Shown in pieces: positions 63,830 to 64,000 of a stretch of 64,000 nucleotides of DNA. Origin of the DNA: Octopus bimaculoides (Eukaryota); the NCBI RefSeq assembly GCF_001194135.2, contig NC_069001.1, positions 30,060,601 through 30,124,600 on the forward strand. Reading direction: 5' to 3'. The notes beneath the pieces were generated by a model, which was not told the DNA's origin, searched no databases, and saw only the letters and a list, made by a program, of their open reading frames with translations. Positions within the stretch are counted from its first letter, which is position 1; each line of letters opens with the position of its first letter. Position numbers and translations under genes: made by a program.

Positions 63830-64000
63830 GGGGGAGAGGTAAATCGAATACAATGACCCAGTGTTCAAATGATGCTTATTTCCTCGACTCCTGAAGGATG
63901 ATAAGCGAAGTCGGCCTTGGTGGAATTTGAACTCAAAAGCTTAAGACGGACGAAATGACCCTAAGTACCTCCTATCAATGTCTGCCAGCTCGCCACTTTT
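63830..64000 (-). mobile_element. Short tRNA-SINE (family B)
   Basis: GACCCAGTG..TGCTTATTT..GCGAAGTCGGCCTTGGTGGAATTTGAACTCA..TCTGCCAGCTCGCCAC. Confidence 0.85.

Overview
AT-rich eukaryotic DNA, dense in microsatellites and split by ten N-gaps. It reads as intronic or intergenic cephalopod (Octopus-like) sequence; that assignment is inferred from the SINE families and repeat style and was not confirmed by a search. I cannot support any intact, nameable protein-coding gene. Most ORF-track entries are microsatellite translations or pieces of decayed transposons. What I can support: many tRNA-derived SINEs of at least three families; decayed Tc1/mariner transposases and MITEs; a Helentron-associated (HINE/pearl-like) element; two R4/Dong-like LINE relics; an RTE fragment; and Penelope-like GIY-YIG and RT fragments. 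The most unusual structure is at about 30.40-30.82 kb. There, a tRNA-like Pol III head is flanked by two inverted ~100-bp arms, each carrying a Penelope-type hammerhead ribozyme, and a solo arm with an intact hammerhead core recurs at 51.1 kb. This suggests a Penelope-mobilised, ribozyme-bearing fold-back SINE. A few splice-site-bounded candidate exons are listed at low confidence.
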